A DNA stretch of 64,000 nucleotides from an uncultured Candidatus Peribacteria bacterium. GTDB taxonomy: Bacteria; Patescibacteriota; Gracilibacteria; UBA1369; 2-02-FULL-48-14. Position numbers and translations under genes: made by a program. Positions 46,839-55,772 of the stretch are shown here, piece after piece (positions within the stretch are counted from its first letter, which is position 1; every line of letters begins with the position of its first letter). Under the pieces are notes generated by a model, which had not been told where the DNA came from, ran no database searches, and was given only the letters and a program-made list of their open reading frames with translations. The stretch lies in NCBI GenBank assembly GCA_964360635.1, contig CAYHXO010000008.1:2772-66771 (forward strand). The letters run 5' to 3'.

Positions 46839-47974
46839 ATTAATTTTTTGAGCTTCTCTAGATGAGTATTCCATGAAAACTCAGTCTTGAGTAGCTTGAC
46901 ACCATTGATGCAATGTCTTTCTCTTCTTTTCTTGTCCCAAGATAAATTTCGTATAGCTTCAGCCAATCTTTTTGGATTTTCTGATTCTGCCAAAACGGCA
47001 TTTTCATCATCAATAGCCACTTCATTCGTGCCTAAAATATTTGATGCCACAATAGGACATCTTGCAGCAAAAGCCTCTAAAATCACGTGAGGAAGCCCTT
47101 CATAGCTAGAATATAATATAAACATTTCATGTTTTTCCATTTCACGAGAAAGTTCAGCATGGGAAACATTCCCAAAAAACTTTACACGTCCACCGAGTTC
47201 CTTCGCAATATCCACCAACTTTACTTTTTCAGATCCATTTCCATAAATGTCTAAAGTATATTTTTCCGGTAGTAATTTCATTGCTTCGATTATCAAATCT
47301 ACATTTTTATGCCTCTCTAATCTTCCAGCGCACATCAATGAATATGCGCGTTCGCTCTTTTTACTGTCTACACTTCTATACTCAAATGCATTATAAATCA
47401 TTTCAATTTTCGATTCAGGTACTTCATAATATTTCACCAATAAATTCTTCAGATATTCAGACGGCACGATTATTTTATCAACATTCTTAAAACTTTTTTT
47501 CTGTACCCATTGTAAAATTTTAGACTTAAAATCTTTCTTTGGAATTTTCAGCCAATTATTCAAATCTAAATCAGTTTTCCCATGTCTTGATGCCTCTTCC
47601 CAAGCAATATCACCAACAAATTTCAGCATAGATTTAATTCCACGATTTTTTGCAAAAAATGATGACAGAAAGCCAACAACCACAGGCCCCTGAATATAAA
47701 TGCAATCAGCATCTCGTGAAAATCTAATCAAGTTTCTAAGCAATCTTAACTGTCTACCCAAAAATCCATGTCGACTTGGATCAATCGAATGTATAGAAAC
47801 ACCCTTCATCAAATTTGCCTTGCCTTCACAAAAGGTAATCACAGTAATATCAAAATCACTTTTTAAACGTTGTCCTAGCTCATAAACATAAGAAGCAGGC
47901 CCTCCAATATCAGGAGGAAAAATAGGGCTTACAATAGTCAATTTAGACAATTTTTTGTTTTTCCAGTTGTTCAT
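46835..47974 (-). CDS. GT4 glycosyltransferase
   Basis: The track ORF begins with TTG at 48055, deep inside the upstream gene. I prefer ATG (MNNWKN) at about 47974. EGLPHVILEAFAARCPIVASNILG. Confidence 0.7.
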   Translation of the reverse strand: MNNWKNKKLSKLTIVSPIFPPDIGGPASYVYELGQRLKSDFDITVITFCEGKANLMKGVSIHSIDPSRHGFLGRQLRLLRNLIRFSRDADCIYIQGPVVVGFLSSFFAKNRGIKSMLKFVGDIAWEEASRHGKTDLDLNNWLKIPKKDFKSKILQWVQKKSFKNVDKIIVPSEYLKNLLVKYYEVPESKIEMIYNAFEYRSVDSKKSERAYSLMCAGRLERHKNVDLIIEAMKLLPEKYTLDIYGNGSEKVKLVDIAKELGGRVKFFGNVSHAELSREMEKHEMFILYSSYEGLPHVILEAFAARCPIVASNILGTNEVAIDDENAVLAESENPKRLAEAIRNLSWDKKRRERHCINGVKLLKTEFSWNTHLEKLKKLI

Positions 47975-49034
47975 TTTCTTGTCGAATATTTTTTTGTTCA
48001 CGAAGCTTTCCGCTAAAATTTTGAAATAAACTTTCATTTTTAGAAATCCAATCAATCAATTTATTCAATCCATCTGCAGGTGTAAATGCAGGTTCCCATC
48101 CAAATTCAGCCTTAGCTTTTCGAATATCTGAAATATAAACTTGTTGATCTCCCGGCCTCCAATCTGTAAATTTTCGCTCCACTTTTTTCTTGAAGAATTT
48201 TTCTAAATAATCTAATAACTCCAAAAGCGATAGTGTTTTATCAACACCACCACCGATGTTGTAAACCTGACCAGCAGTCTTTTCAATATTTTCAATTGCC
48301 ATGTCATAAGCCCTTACCAAATCTTCAATAAAAAGTACATCTCTAACCTGCTTCCCGTCACCAAAAATTGTCAGTTCTTTTCCAAACATCGCCGCAATTG
48401 CAAACCACGCAACCCAACCCTGGTCTTCAACTCCAAATTGACGATATCCGTATATGCAAGACTGTCTTAACACCACAGTTTTCAAACCATAAATTCTGAA
48501 ATAATCACGGAAGTATTGATCAGCACAGCCTTTTGAACAACCGTATGGTGAGTGAAAGTCCAAGCCGCGTTCTTCAGAAACACCTGTAGCCAAATTCTCG
48601 TAGCCATATCGCCCATCTCTTTCGACTATCTTTGCATCTTCCATTCCACCATAAACTTTATTTGTTGAAGCATATAAAACAATCGGCATCGGATTTAATT
48701 TTCTGCAAGCCTCAACAACATTGAAACTACCCAAAGCGTTTACTTCAAAATCATTTTTTGGGTCCGTAACAGAAGTAGTTACTGCAACTTGTGCAGCCAA
48801 ATGTATAACAAGTTCAGCTCCTGAAATAGCATTTTCAAGTGCAGTAGCATCTCTAATATCTCCTTCAATAACTTTCACATTTGGACACTCTGAAATCAAC
48901 CATTCGGCATTTTCTCTTGTTCCGTCTCTAGAAAAATTATCGAAAATTGTAACTTCATCGCCCTTTTTACTGAAATAAGCTGCAGTATTGCAACCAATGA
49001 ATCCGGCACCACCAGTAATAAAAACTTTTCTCAT
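47943..49034 (-). CDS. SDR nucleotide-sugar epimerase (CDP-paratose 2-epimerase-like)
   Basis: 363 aa. VFITGGAGFIGCN, FDNFSRDGTRENAEWL, YGCSKGCADQY. Confidence 0.65.
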   Translation of the reverse strand: MRKVFITGGAGFIGCNTAAYFSKKGDEVTIFDNFSRDGTRENAEWLISECPNVKVIEGDIRDATALENAISGAELVIHLAAQVAVTTSVTDPKNDFEVNALGSFNVVEACRKLNPMPIVLYASTNKVYGGMEDAKIVERDGRYGYENLATGVSEERGLDFHSPYGCSKGCADQYFRDYFRIYGLKTVVLRQSCIYGYRQFGVEDQGWVAWFAIAAMFGKELTIFGDGKQVRDVLFIEDLVRAYDMAIENIEKTAGQVYNIGGGVDKTLSLLELLDYLEKFFKKKVERKFTDWRPGDQQVYISDIRKAKAEFGWEPAFTPADGLNKLIDWISKNESLFQNFSGKLREQKNIRQENEQLEKQKIV

Positions 49035-49080
49035 AGCTAAGAATCTACCAGATCAGATTGGCTTAAGCAAGCCCGTTCAC

Positions 49081-50121
49081 TTAAATTATGAACTCGGCCA
49101 ATGCTGATAATTCTCCCATTTGTTTTTCACTCATATCAAATGGAATTGCATGTGAAAATTCCATCAGTTTTTTATATTCACACTTCACCCCATTTCTATT
49201 CAAAAATAGTATTTCATTTCTACCCATATATTTTGGCAAAAGTTTATCATTTTTTGACCATAAAATATTTACATCAACATCAGCTAGTTTATCCAAGGGT
49301 AGTTCTTTCCTCTCTGGATTAAAAACCCAATCCAAAAAAACTCGTGCGGAATCAGGTACGCTTCTAACATAATTATGAAAATCTGCATGATCCTGATCTC
49401 CATACATCAAGCCATTATATTCTTCATGGCTTACAGCTAAACTTTCTTTTGTTGCATACCTCAAAATTGCAAGAGCAACATCATTTTTGACCGCCCATAA
49501 AAATTCTGGCTTGAATGGGCCGAATGCTTCATCAGTACCAGGCATCATTCCGGTAATTTTTTTTAAATTAAAATCTCCTTGTTCTTCCATCAGTCCACGA
49601 ACAAATTCCCATGCGGCAATATATCCCATAGAATGCCCCATCACTGTAACATCGCCATTTAAGTCACCATTTGATACAAATCTATTTGCCAGACGCTTTG
49701 CATCGCCAATTGCATCTCTAAAACCTGTAGTGGAGGCAGAATTTTTCATTGCATAATCTCTAGTGCCACGCCCTTGTATATTTGGGAAAATTATTGATGG
49801 ATTCTTCGCTCCATTTTCTTTCAAACCTTTTATCAAAATATCTAAAAAATCCCCACCTAACATTGCAGAGGTTTCTCCCCAGCCAGGGAAACAAACAATT
49901 GTTCGATCAGGTCCTATTGTAAAATCATTTCTCAAAATTAAATCCACTCGATCTCTAGTAGAAAACTTAGTCGCCTCAACATCATTTTCAATTTGATACT
50001 GGTCAATTACAAATTGGATTGGGCCATTGGCTCTATATTCAAGACCTGAACCGGGACTATAATATCCACTCGGTGATTTTGATGAAGGGTCGTAAGCTGT
50101 CCAGTGCTGATCTAAATTCAT
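49081..50121 (-). CDS. Alpha/beta hydrolase (lipase/esterase-like)
   Basis: The track ORF starts with TTG at 50271. The first 50 residues look non-protein-like, so I moved the start to MNLDQHW. GxSxG nucleophile motif VTVMGHSMGY. Confidence 0.55.
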   Translation of the reverse strand: MNLDQHWTAYDPSSKSPSGYYSPGSGLEYRANGPIQFVIDQYQIENDVEATKFSTRDRVDLILRNDFTIGPDRTIVCFPGWGETSAMLGGDFLDILIKGLKENGAKNPSIIFPNIQGRGTRDYAMKNSASTTGFRDAIGDAKRLANRFVSNGDLNGDVTVMGHSMGYIAAWEFVRGLMEEQGDFNLKKITGMMPGTDEAFGPFKPEFLWAVKNDVALAILRYATKESLAVSHEEYNGLMYGDQDHADFHNYVRSVPDSARVFLDWVFNPERKELPLDKLADVDVNILWSKNDKLLPKYMGRNEILFLNRNGVKCEYKKLMEFSHAIPFDMSEKQMGELSALAEFII

Positions 50122-50216
50122 TTTTATGTTTAAGTATTGCTTTGTAACAAAAATTAGGCGCACTGTCAACGTCCTATTGTGTAAATATCTACGAAATGAG
50201 TATTTATTAGATTTAA

Positions 50217-50251
50217 TGTTGTCAACACTCTGACAACGCAATTTTGATCTG
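50217..50251 (+). promoter_or_regulatory. Composite motif TGTTGTCA-N7-GACAAC-N6-TTGATCTG, copy A (upstream of the RHH gene)
   Basis: Read directly: TGTTGTCAacactctGACAACgcaattTTGATCTG. It contains the inverted repeat TGTTGTC/GACAAC(g). The same blocks occur with the same spacing at 59243-59277. Confidence 0.45.
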
Positions 50252-50298
50252 GAAACACAAGTTACTTTCAAAAGATCTAATCATTCCTATCCACAATA

Positions 50299-50646
50299 AT
50301 GACTGTAAAATCTTCTACAAAAAATATGCAAAAAAAATCCTTAAATCACTTCATAACATTGAACAATAAGAAATATATTTATTCAATGAAAAAAATAGAT
50401 ATGAAATCTACTCATTTTGAATGTGACGCCGCAAATATTTCTCAACCATTTTTGAATGAGGGTATTCCCAATCTTTTAATAGACCTTCCAAATTTGATTC
50501 TAGCCGAGAAAGAATATAAGGAAAAACAAGAAGCAGTAATTAGATTTAGGGTTACACTTGAGGATAAAAAACTAATCGAAGAAAAAGCAGGGAAGTGTGG
50601 ATTTAAAACTGTTTCAGATTACTTAAGAGAAGTTGCGCTTAAATAA
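50299..50646 (+). CDS. Small protein with C-terminal ribbon-helix-helix (CopG/Arc/MetJ-like) DNA-binding domain
   Basis: 115 aa. The C-terminus AVIRFRVTLEDKKLIEEKAGKCGFKTVSDYLREVAL fits the strand-helix-helix pattern. The N-terminal 75 aa or so are unrecognised. Confidence 0.5.
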   Translation: MTVKSSTKNMQKKSLNHFITLNNKKYIYSMKKIDMKSTHFECDAANISQPFLNEGIPNLLIDLPNLILAEKEYKEKQEAVIRFRVTLEDKKLIEEKAGKCGFKTVSDYLREVALK

Positions 50647-51764
50647 GCCTCCTCAACACTCTTTGCAATATTCTGCCAGTCGTAACGTTCTTCCACCAAT
50701 TTCCTCGCATTCGCAGTAATAATTTTCATTTCTTCAGGCTCTTCAAAAACCCGAATAATCGCCTTTGAAAGTTCAGCTACATTTCCGCTCGGAACAAGAA
50801 ATCCGGTCTCGCCATTAGTTAAAAAATCCACAATCCCACCAACAGGGCAGGTGATTACAGGAGTTCCGAGAGCCATTGCTTCAATAAAAGAAACACCGAA
50901 TCCTTCAAATCGAGATGGTCTAACAAAAACATGAGACTTCCTAACTAATTCTGGTATAGCATCATGATTTATTGTTCCTAAAAAATCCACACAATTCTCA
51001 ATTTTTAATTCTACAATCCTTGCTTTCAGCGAGTGCTCCATTGGCCCCTCACCTGCAATTTTCAATTTTGCCTCAGGAAATTTTAGCAAGACAGCCGGCA
51101 TGGCCTCGATGAGAATATCAATTCCATTTCTTGGAATTAATGTTGAAGTCGTTGTAATCTCAAACTTATTTCTTTCCCCCTCATAAAGTCTGAACTTTTC
51201 TAAATCAATTCCGTTTGGCACAAGTACACATTTTTTTGCGCCCATTTTTTTTGCCCCCTCAAGAGAATACGAGCTTACACATGCGCATATATCTGCCACT
51301 TTCAACGCATTTCGAATCTGCATTTCTAAAGCCCATAGACCGTGTGAAAACATCAATCCCCAAAAGCCTTTCAATACCATTTCTTCTTTATAAGCAAAAG
51401 GATTTTGCACCGTCACATACAAAGGAATGCCCAACTTTTTCTTCAATTTTGCAGCGACAATTGCCTGTGGATAAACCTGTTTTGCATGAATAATATCAAA
51501 TTTTATTCCGCAATTTAAAACCTCTTTATAGACTGCACGACTAAAAAAAATGGAATTCAAATTTCTGATTTTCCAATATTTCACAGCATGAACAAAAACC
51601 TTCTCACTAAAAAGTGACTTTGCAGAATCATCATTCCCAACAAATAAGTGAATTTCATAATCTTTTTTTGAAAGCTCTCGTACAATCTCAACAATATGCA
51701 CTTCTGCCCCACCCAAATCATTTGGATTCAAGTCCGCACAAATTATGGCAACTTTGACACTCAT
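50619..51764 (-). CDS. GT4 glycosyltransferase
   Basis: 381 aa. GGAEVHIVEIVRELSKK and EGFGVSFIEAMALGTPVITCPVGG. Confidence 0.8.
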   Translation of the reverse strand: MSVKVAIICADLNPNDLGGAEVHIVEIVRELSKKDYEIHLFVGNDDSAKSLFSEKVFVHAVKYWKIRNLNSIFFSRAVYKEVLNCGIKFDIIHAKQVYPQAIVAAKLKKKLGIPLYVTVQNPFAYKEEMVLKGFWGLMFSHGLWALEMQIRNALKVADICACVSSYSLEGAKKMGAKKCVLVPNGIDLEKFRLYEGERNKFEITTTSTLIPRNGIDILIEAMPAVLLKFPEAKLKIAGEGPMEHSLKARIVELKIENCVDFLGTINHDAIPELVRKSHVFVRPSRFEGFGVSFIEAMALGTPVITCPVGGIVDFLTNGETGFLVPSGNVAELSKAIIRVFEEPEEMKIITANARKLVEERYDWQNIAKSVEEAYLSATSLK

Positions 51765-52600
51765 CTTAGATATTTAAATAAAATCCTTGACGCCATTGAT
51801 AGCACGGAAACAGGTAAGAAAGCGAGCATTTTAGCTGGTACTTTACTCCTTTTCCCATGTCGAATTTGTCCTTTTTGAACTGTCCATATCGGGATTTTTT
51901 TTGCCCCGAATCTTGATTTGAAAAATGCCAAGGAAGAACCTTCTTCGCAGTTTCCAAAATCGACTTCTAAATTATTTTCACAGGCAAATTTGATAAGATC
52001 AGCATAGGTTTTCATATTTGCCGCCGTCACGCGCGCAAGCGCGCTTTGTCCATTACTCCAAATATGTAATCTTGCGTCATCTCTCAATGCCACAATCCCA
52101 GAAGTATATTTCCCGTCACACTCGCTCATAAATAAAATAAAATCTTTTCCAAATTCTTTTCTTGCTAATGAAAAAAGGTCGTAACTTTGGGGAATGGCTC
52201 CAATTCCGCACATAGTGCGAACATACATTTTATAAAAGATCCAAAGTGATTCTTCATCATCTGCAATTTTTGTTCTTACACCATTTTTCTCTGCTTTATA
52301 AATTAAATTCCTAGTTTTTTGATGTATGCTCTCTTTCAAAATCTTATCGAAACTTTTGTCACATTTTAACCTGTAAGTTTCCAATCCAGATTCAAAATTC
52401 CAATGATTTGGTTTTGAATCAACACGAATACTTGCATTTGCTTTTGAAAAAAAATCTTCACTTGGCATTTCAAGATAATCACCTACAAAATTCATCTCCA
52501 TTCCTGCACGAGTTTCATAAAGCCAGACACCGCAAACTTTTTCAGAGCGTATACCGTATGCTTCTTTCAAAATTTTTGACCACTCATCACGATTAAACAT
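51761..52600 (-). CDS. FemAB-like / GNAT-fold (Acetyltransf_6-like) acyl- or aminoacyl-transferase
   Basis: 279 aa. The layout (KTRNLIYKAEKNGV, IFYKMYVRTM, GIVALRDDARLHIW, LAFFKSRFGAK) resembles FemAB/CelD-type proteins found in EPS loci. Recognised by eye only. Confidence 0.5.
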   Translation of the reverse strand: MFNRDEWSKILKEAYGIRSEKVCGVWLYETRAGMEMNFVGDYLEMPSEDFFSKANASIRVDSKPNHWNFESGLETYRLKCDKSFDKILKESIHQKTRNLIYKAEKNGVRTKIADDEESLWIFYKMYVRTMCGIGAIPQSYDLFSLARKEFGKDFILFMSECDGKYTSGIVALRDDARLHIWSNGQSALARVTAANMKTYADLIKFACENNLEVDFGNCEEGSSLAFFKSRFGAKKIPIWTVQKGQIRHGKRSKVPAKMLAFLPVSVLSMASRILFKYLR

Positions 52601-53633
52601 TTTTAAGTAGGTTACAAATCATTTTGACATCTTTCTCTCTCATAAATTTATTCACCGGTAGAATTAAAACTCTCTTCGCAAAACTACATGAAGAATTGTA
52701 CCAGATCCTATCTGCAAATACGCCAAATACTCTTAATTTAGCTAAAATCTCATCACGATTTTTATCTTTTGGTACGAGAATAGGAAAGTTGAAAAAGTCA
52801 TAAATTGGCTCACTTAATACAGCCCTATATTCGACGGGTAAACTTTCAAAATAAGCTCTATAAATATCTGCACAATTATCAATCATTCGAAGCCGTCTCA
52901 TGAAAAGCCTTTTTGAGCCCTCGCTTGCGGCTAGAAAAGTAGAGTATTTTTTATCATTATTTACATCATTGTCAAGCGCCAATTTTTTTGTTGACCGATA
53001 TAAATTCAATAAAGGTCGGATAAGACCAATCTTTAAAATAACAGGTATCAACCCATCAAAAAAAACCACCCGGTTCTTTATTTTAGGAAAATCAATATCT
53101 TCGGAAATTAAAATCCCGCCAAGTGAATTTGCAAGTCTTTTTGCAAAATGAAAGAGTACAAAATCACCAAAAGTTTTTTGAGAACTGAAACAATGTGCAC
53201 AATCTTCAATCAAAAAAAGTTTATTTTGTTTGCAAAGTGTTGAGATTTTTTCCACTTCACCTTTGTTCCCAAATGTACGAACAAAGAACACTCCTCCAAA
53301 ATCTTTCAAAGGCATTTCTTTCAATTTTTCAAAATCTAACAATCCCTCTGAATTGACCTCACAATAATCCACTTTTATACCTGCACGCTCGGCCGCCCGA
53401 GTAACCGAACTACAAATATATTTTGGAAAAATTACCCGTCGTTTTTCCATCACCAAATTTTTAAAAAGAAACTCAATAGCACCGCGTAAATGCATAAAAC
53501 TTTGAGCATATTTAAATTTTCTACCGGTCATTAATTTCTCAGCGACATCAAAGTCGGGAAAGTTTTTTGACTTAACCATCAGGCATTGAATGTCGCGCCA
53601 GTCAGATACCGGCATTACATCAGGAATTGGCAT
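52593..53633 (-). CDS. Divergent DegT/DnrJ-like PLP-fold protein
   Basis: 346 aa. FLIEDCAHCF and FHFAKRLANSLGGILISED align with the DegT blocks IEDxAxAxG and FSFxxxKxxxxGEGG, but both are degenerate. Confidence 0.45.
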   Translation of the reverse strand: MPIPDVMPVSDWRDIQCLMVKSKNFPDFDVAEKLMTGRKFKYAQSFMHLRGAIEFLFKNLVMEKRRVIFPKYICSSVTRAAERAGIKVDYCEVNSEGLLDFEKLKEMPLKDFGGVFFVRTFGNKGEVEKISTLCKQNKLFLIEDCAHCFSSQKTFGDFVLFHFAKRLANSLGGILISEDIDFPKIKNRVVFFDGLIPVILKIGLIRPLLNLYRSTKKLALDNDVNNDKKYSTFLAASEGSKRLFMRRLRMIDNCADIYRAYFESLPVEYRAVLSEPIYDFFNFPILVPKDKNRDEILAKLRVFGVFADRIWYNSSCSFAKRVLILPVNKFMREKDVKMICNLLKNV

Positions 53634-55752
53634 ATATTGAGGTACAAAGCTCTGTTAACGTCATGAATTCAAGATCCATGTGTCCTTTAAGCATAGCAAT
53701 CTTTTTCGACATTTCTGTGAAGTTTTCCCCGCTCGGATATTTCATATCCTCGCGTGATTGGAACTCCCAACTATGGCACAAAAACACAATATGCGGAGCC
53801 ACCTTATTCTTGCGGTGATATTCACGCAAACGTTCAATTGCAATTAAAATTTCACCGTCTGAGAGTTTTAAGAAATTAAACAAATTCATCACAATATAAT
53901 TTCCAAACGGCACAAAATATTTCCATTGAATATGTGGCATTGGGTCACGACTCACAGGAACACGACAAATTCCGTCCTTCAATTTTGGCATTGGTTTCCG
54001 ACCAAGCATCGCCGGCGAAGATGAGTCGATTTCAAATCCATATTCACGAATCAATGCCAAGGTAGTTAAATCAATAACCAAGTTAGGTGCACGGAATGCA
54101 CGTACTGCTTTTAATCCACACGAATCCACAATCTCTCGAATTTTTTTTAATAATTTTTTCCTTTCAATTGGAGAGACCCATGAGTCTTTTAGAAACCATT
54201 TTTCACGACCCCAAAGTTCATGATGCAAACCATGAATTCCAATCTCATGGCCATCCGCCTCATATCCTCGCAATTTCTCTTGAAATGTTTCAATTAAATC
54301 AGCCTGACAAAACAATGTACTCTTTATTTCAAGTGTTTGGCACATCTCTCTAAACCTATCTAGAAAAACCGGGATATGATCAATTTCATGTGGCAAATCA
54401 GCAGATCCATAAGCCTGTTCAACATCCACAGTTAAACAAAACTTCAATGGTAATCTCCCCTTATAAGTTTCTTTATGTAATTTTCTTTCAACTAAAACTT
54501 GTGGCAAAAACCAAGGCATTCTACCATCCTGAAAAATTGAAATAAATCGCATATAATTAAATCTTCCCTCTACATTTTTTGTTTTTAAAAGTTCCTCGTA
54601 AATTTCAGCAGTTCTCGCCGCAACTTTTTCCCATGAATATTCATTTTTCACTAGCTCATAGCCATTTTCACCCATATGTCTTAATCCGGGATTCAATGCA
54701 AAGTGTTCCAAATAATACGCCAATTCTTCTACATCTTCTGGCGCTACAAGGTGTCCGTTAACCTTCTCAATAACTAGCTTTTTATTGTCACCGACATTAG
54801 TTGCCAAAACAGGTAATTTTGCTGCGCTTGCCTCCAGTAAAGTAAGAGGGAAGCCTTCTGACCTTGATGGCAAAACGAATAAATCGGAGCTCTTATAAAG
54901 TTGAACAAGGGCTTCGCCGGAAACTTTTCCGTGAAACTTTACATGTTTACCCAAATCAACTTTTTCACACATTTTTTTAAGAGTTTTTTCCTCTGTACCT
55001 TCACCTACGATATGTAATAAAAAATCTTTGTGTGACTGAATAAATTCATTTGATTCAATAACTTTTTTCACGGCTGAGATCAGAACATCAACTCCTTTTA
55101 TATGATCAAGTCTGCCAACAAAAATCGCATCAAAAGTTGTATCAGTTTTTTGATCTGGAACTGCATCAAAATTATCCAAGCGAATTCCGTTAGGAATAAT
55201 TGCAACATTTTTATTAACATTTTCAGCTTTCAAAAAATTTTCTGCCACACTTATTTCTCTCGCATATCTTGTTTCTAAAAGCGTAACTCTTTCTATTAAT
55301 TTTTTAACAGAAAATCCTTTTTGAAAAATCGTTGTTCCATGAACTGTCAAAACCGCAGGAACTCCGGTTATTAATGAAGCAAGTTTCATTGGAACAGAAC
55401 TTGAAACTGCATGTGCATGATATAAATCATATTTTTTACCAAAAAAATGTGCATGAATTAATACAAAAAAACTCGCAATCATATACCAAATCCTCATTGC
55501 AGGATTTCCGAATGACGACTTCCAGCCCAATTCTTTAACGGACAACAGGGGGGAAGCAGCAAGTTGTTTTTCATAATGACTCATCCTTCCACTTATAGCC
55601 CTTGTAATAATGTCAATTTCATAATGATGACTTTCAATTAAAGCTCTCGAAACCTCTGCAACGTGCACTTGCCCTCCTCCAAAAAGCGGAAACCAAGCGT
55701 CTACTAAAAGTGCTATTCTTGGCTTATTTTTCTCAATTTTTCTTATTTCCAT
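53620..55752 (-). CDS. Fusion: GT4 glycosyltransferase (N-terminal) plus CE4/NodB-type polysaccharide deacetylase (C-terminal)
   Basis: 710 aa. GT4 part: LVDAWFPLFGGGQVHV and EGFPLTLLEASAAKLPVLATNVG. From about residue 400: CLTVDVEQAYG, GIHGLHHE and AFRAPNL, which correspond to NodB motifs 1-3. Confidence 0.7.
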   Translation of the reverse strand: MEIRKIEKNKPRIALLVDAWFPLFGGGQVHVAEVSRALIESHHYEIDIITRAISGRMSHYEKQLAASPLLSVKELGWKSSFGNPAMRIWYMIASFFVLIHAHFFGKKYDLYHAHAVSSSVPMKLASLITGVPAVLTVHGTTIFQKGFSVKKLIERVTLLETRYAREISVAENFLKAENVNKNVAIIPNGIRLDNFDAVPDQKTDTTFDAIFVGRLDHIKGVDVLISAVKKVIESNEFIQSHKDFLLHIVGEGTEEKTLKKMCEKVDLGKHVKFHGKVSGEALVQLYKSSDLFVLPSRSEGFPLTLLEASAAKLPVLATNVGDNKKLVIEKVNGHLVAPEDVEELAYYLEHFALNPGLRHMGENGYELVKNEYSWEKVAARTAEIYEELLKTKNVEGRFNYMRFISIFQDGRMPWFLPQVLVERKLHKETYKGRLPLKFCLTVDVEQAYGSADLPHEIDHIPVFLDRFREMCQTLEIKSTLFCQADLIETFQEKLRGYEADGHEIGIHGLHHELWGREKWFLKDSWVSPIERKKLLKKIREIVDSCGLKAVRAFRAPNLVIDLTTLALIREYGFEIDSSSPAMLGRKPMPKLKDGICRVPVSRDPMPHIQWKYFVPFGNYIVMNLFNFLKLSDGEILIAIERLREYHRKNKVAPHIVFLCHSWEFQSREDMKYPSGENFTEMSKKIAMLKGHMDLEFMTLTELCTSIYANS

Positions 55753-55772
55753 TTGTCTATAGTTAGCAGCAC

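Noticed and set aside
47939-47946. Apparent extra base in an A/T run that would frameshift the GT4 gene 46835..48055 and move the epimerase stop by 1 nt
   Set aside because: My hand-indexing here disagrees by 1 nt with the supplied track, which translates both genes without interruption. My coordinates agree with the track at 47885 and 48721. I attribute the discrepancy to my own miscounting of a homopolymer run, not to a real frameshift or pseudogene.
50122-50271. N-terminal 50 residues of the alpha/beta hydrolase track ORF
   Set aside because: It has a TTG start and an Arg/Lys/Cys-rich sequence that does not look like protein. It would consume the whole intergenic region that holds the composite motif. 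The ATG at 50121 gives a sensible hydrolase.
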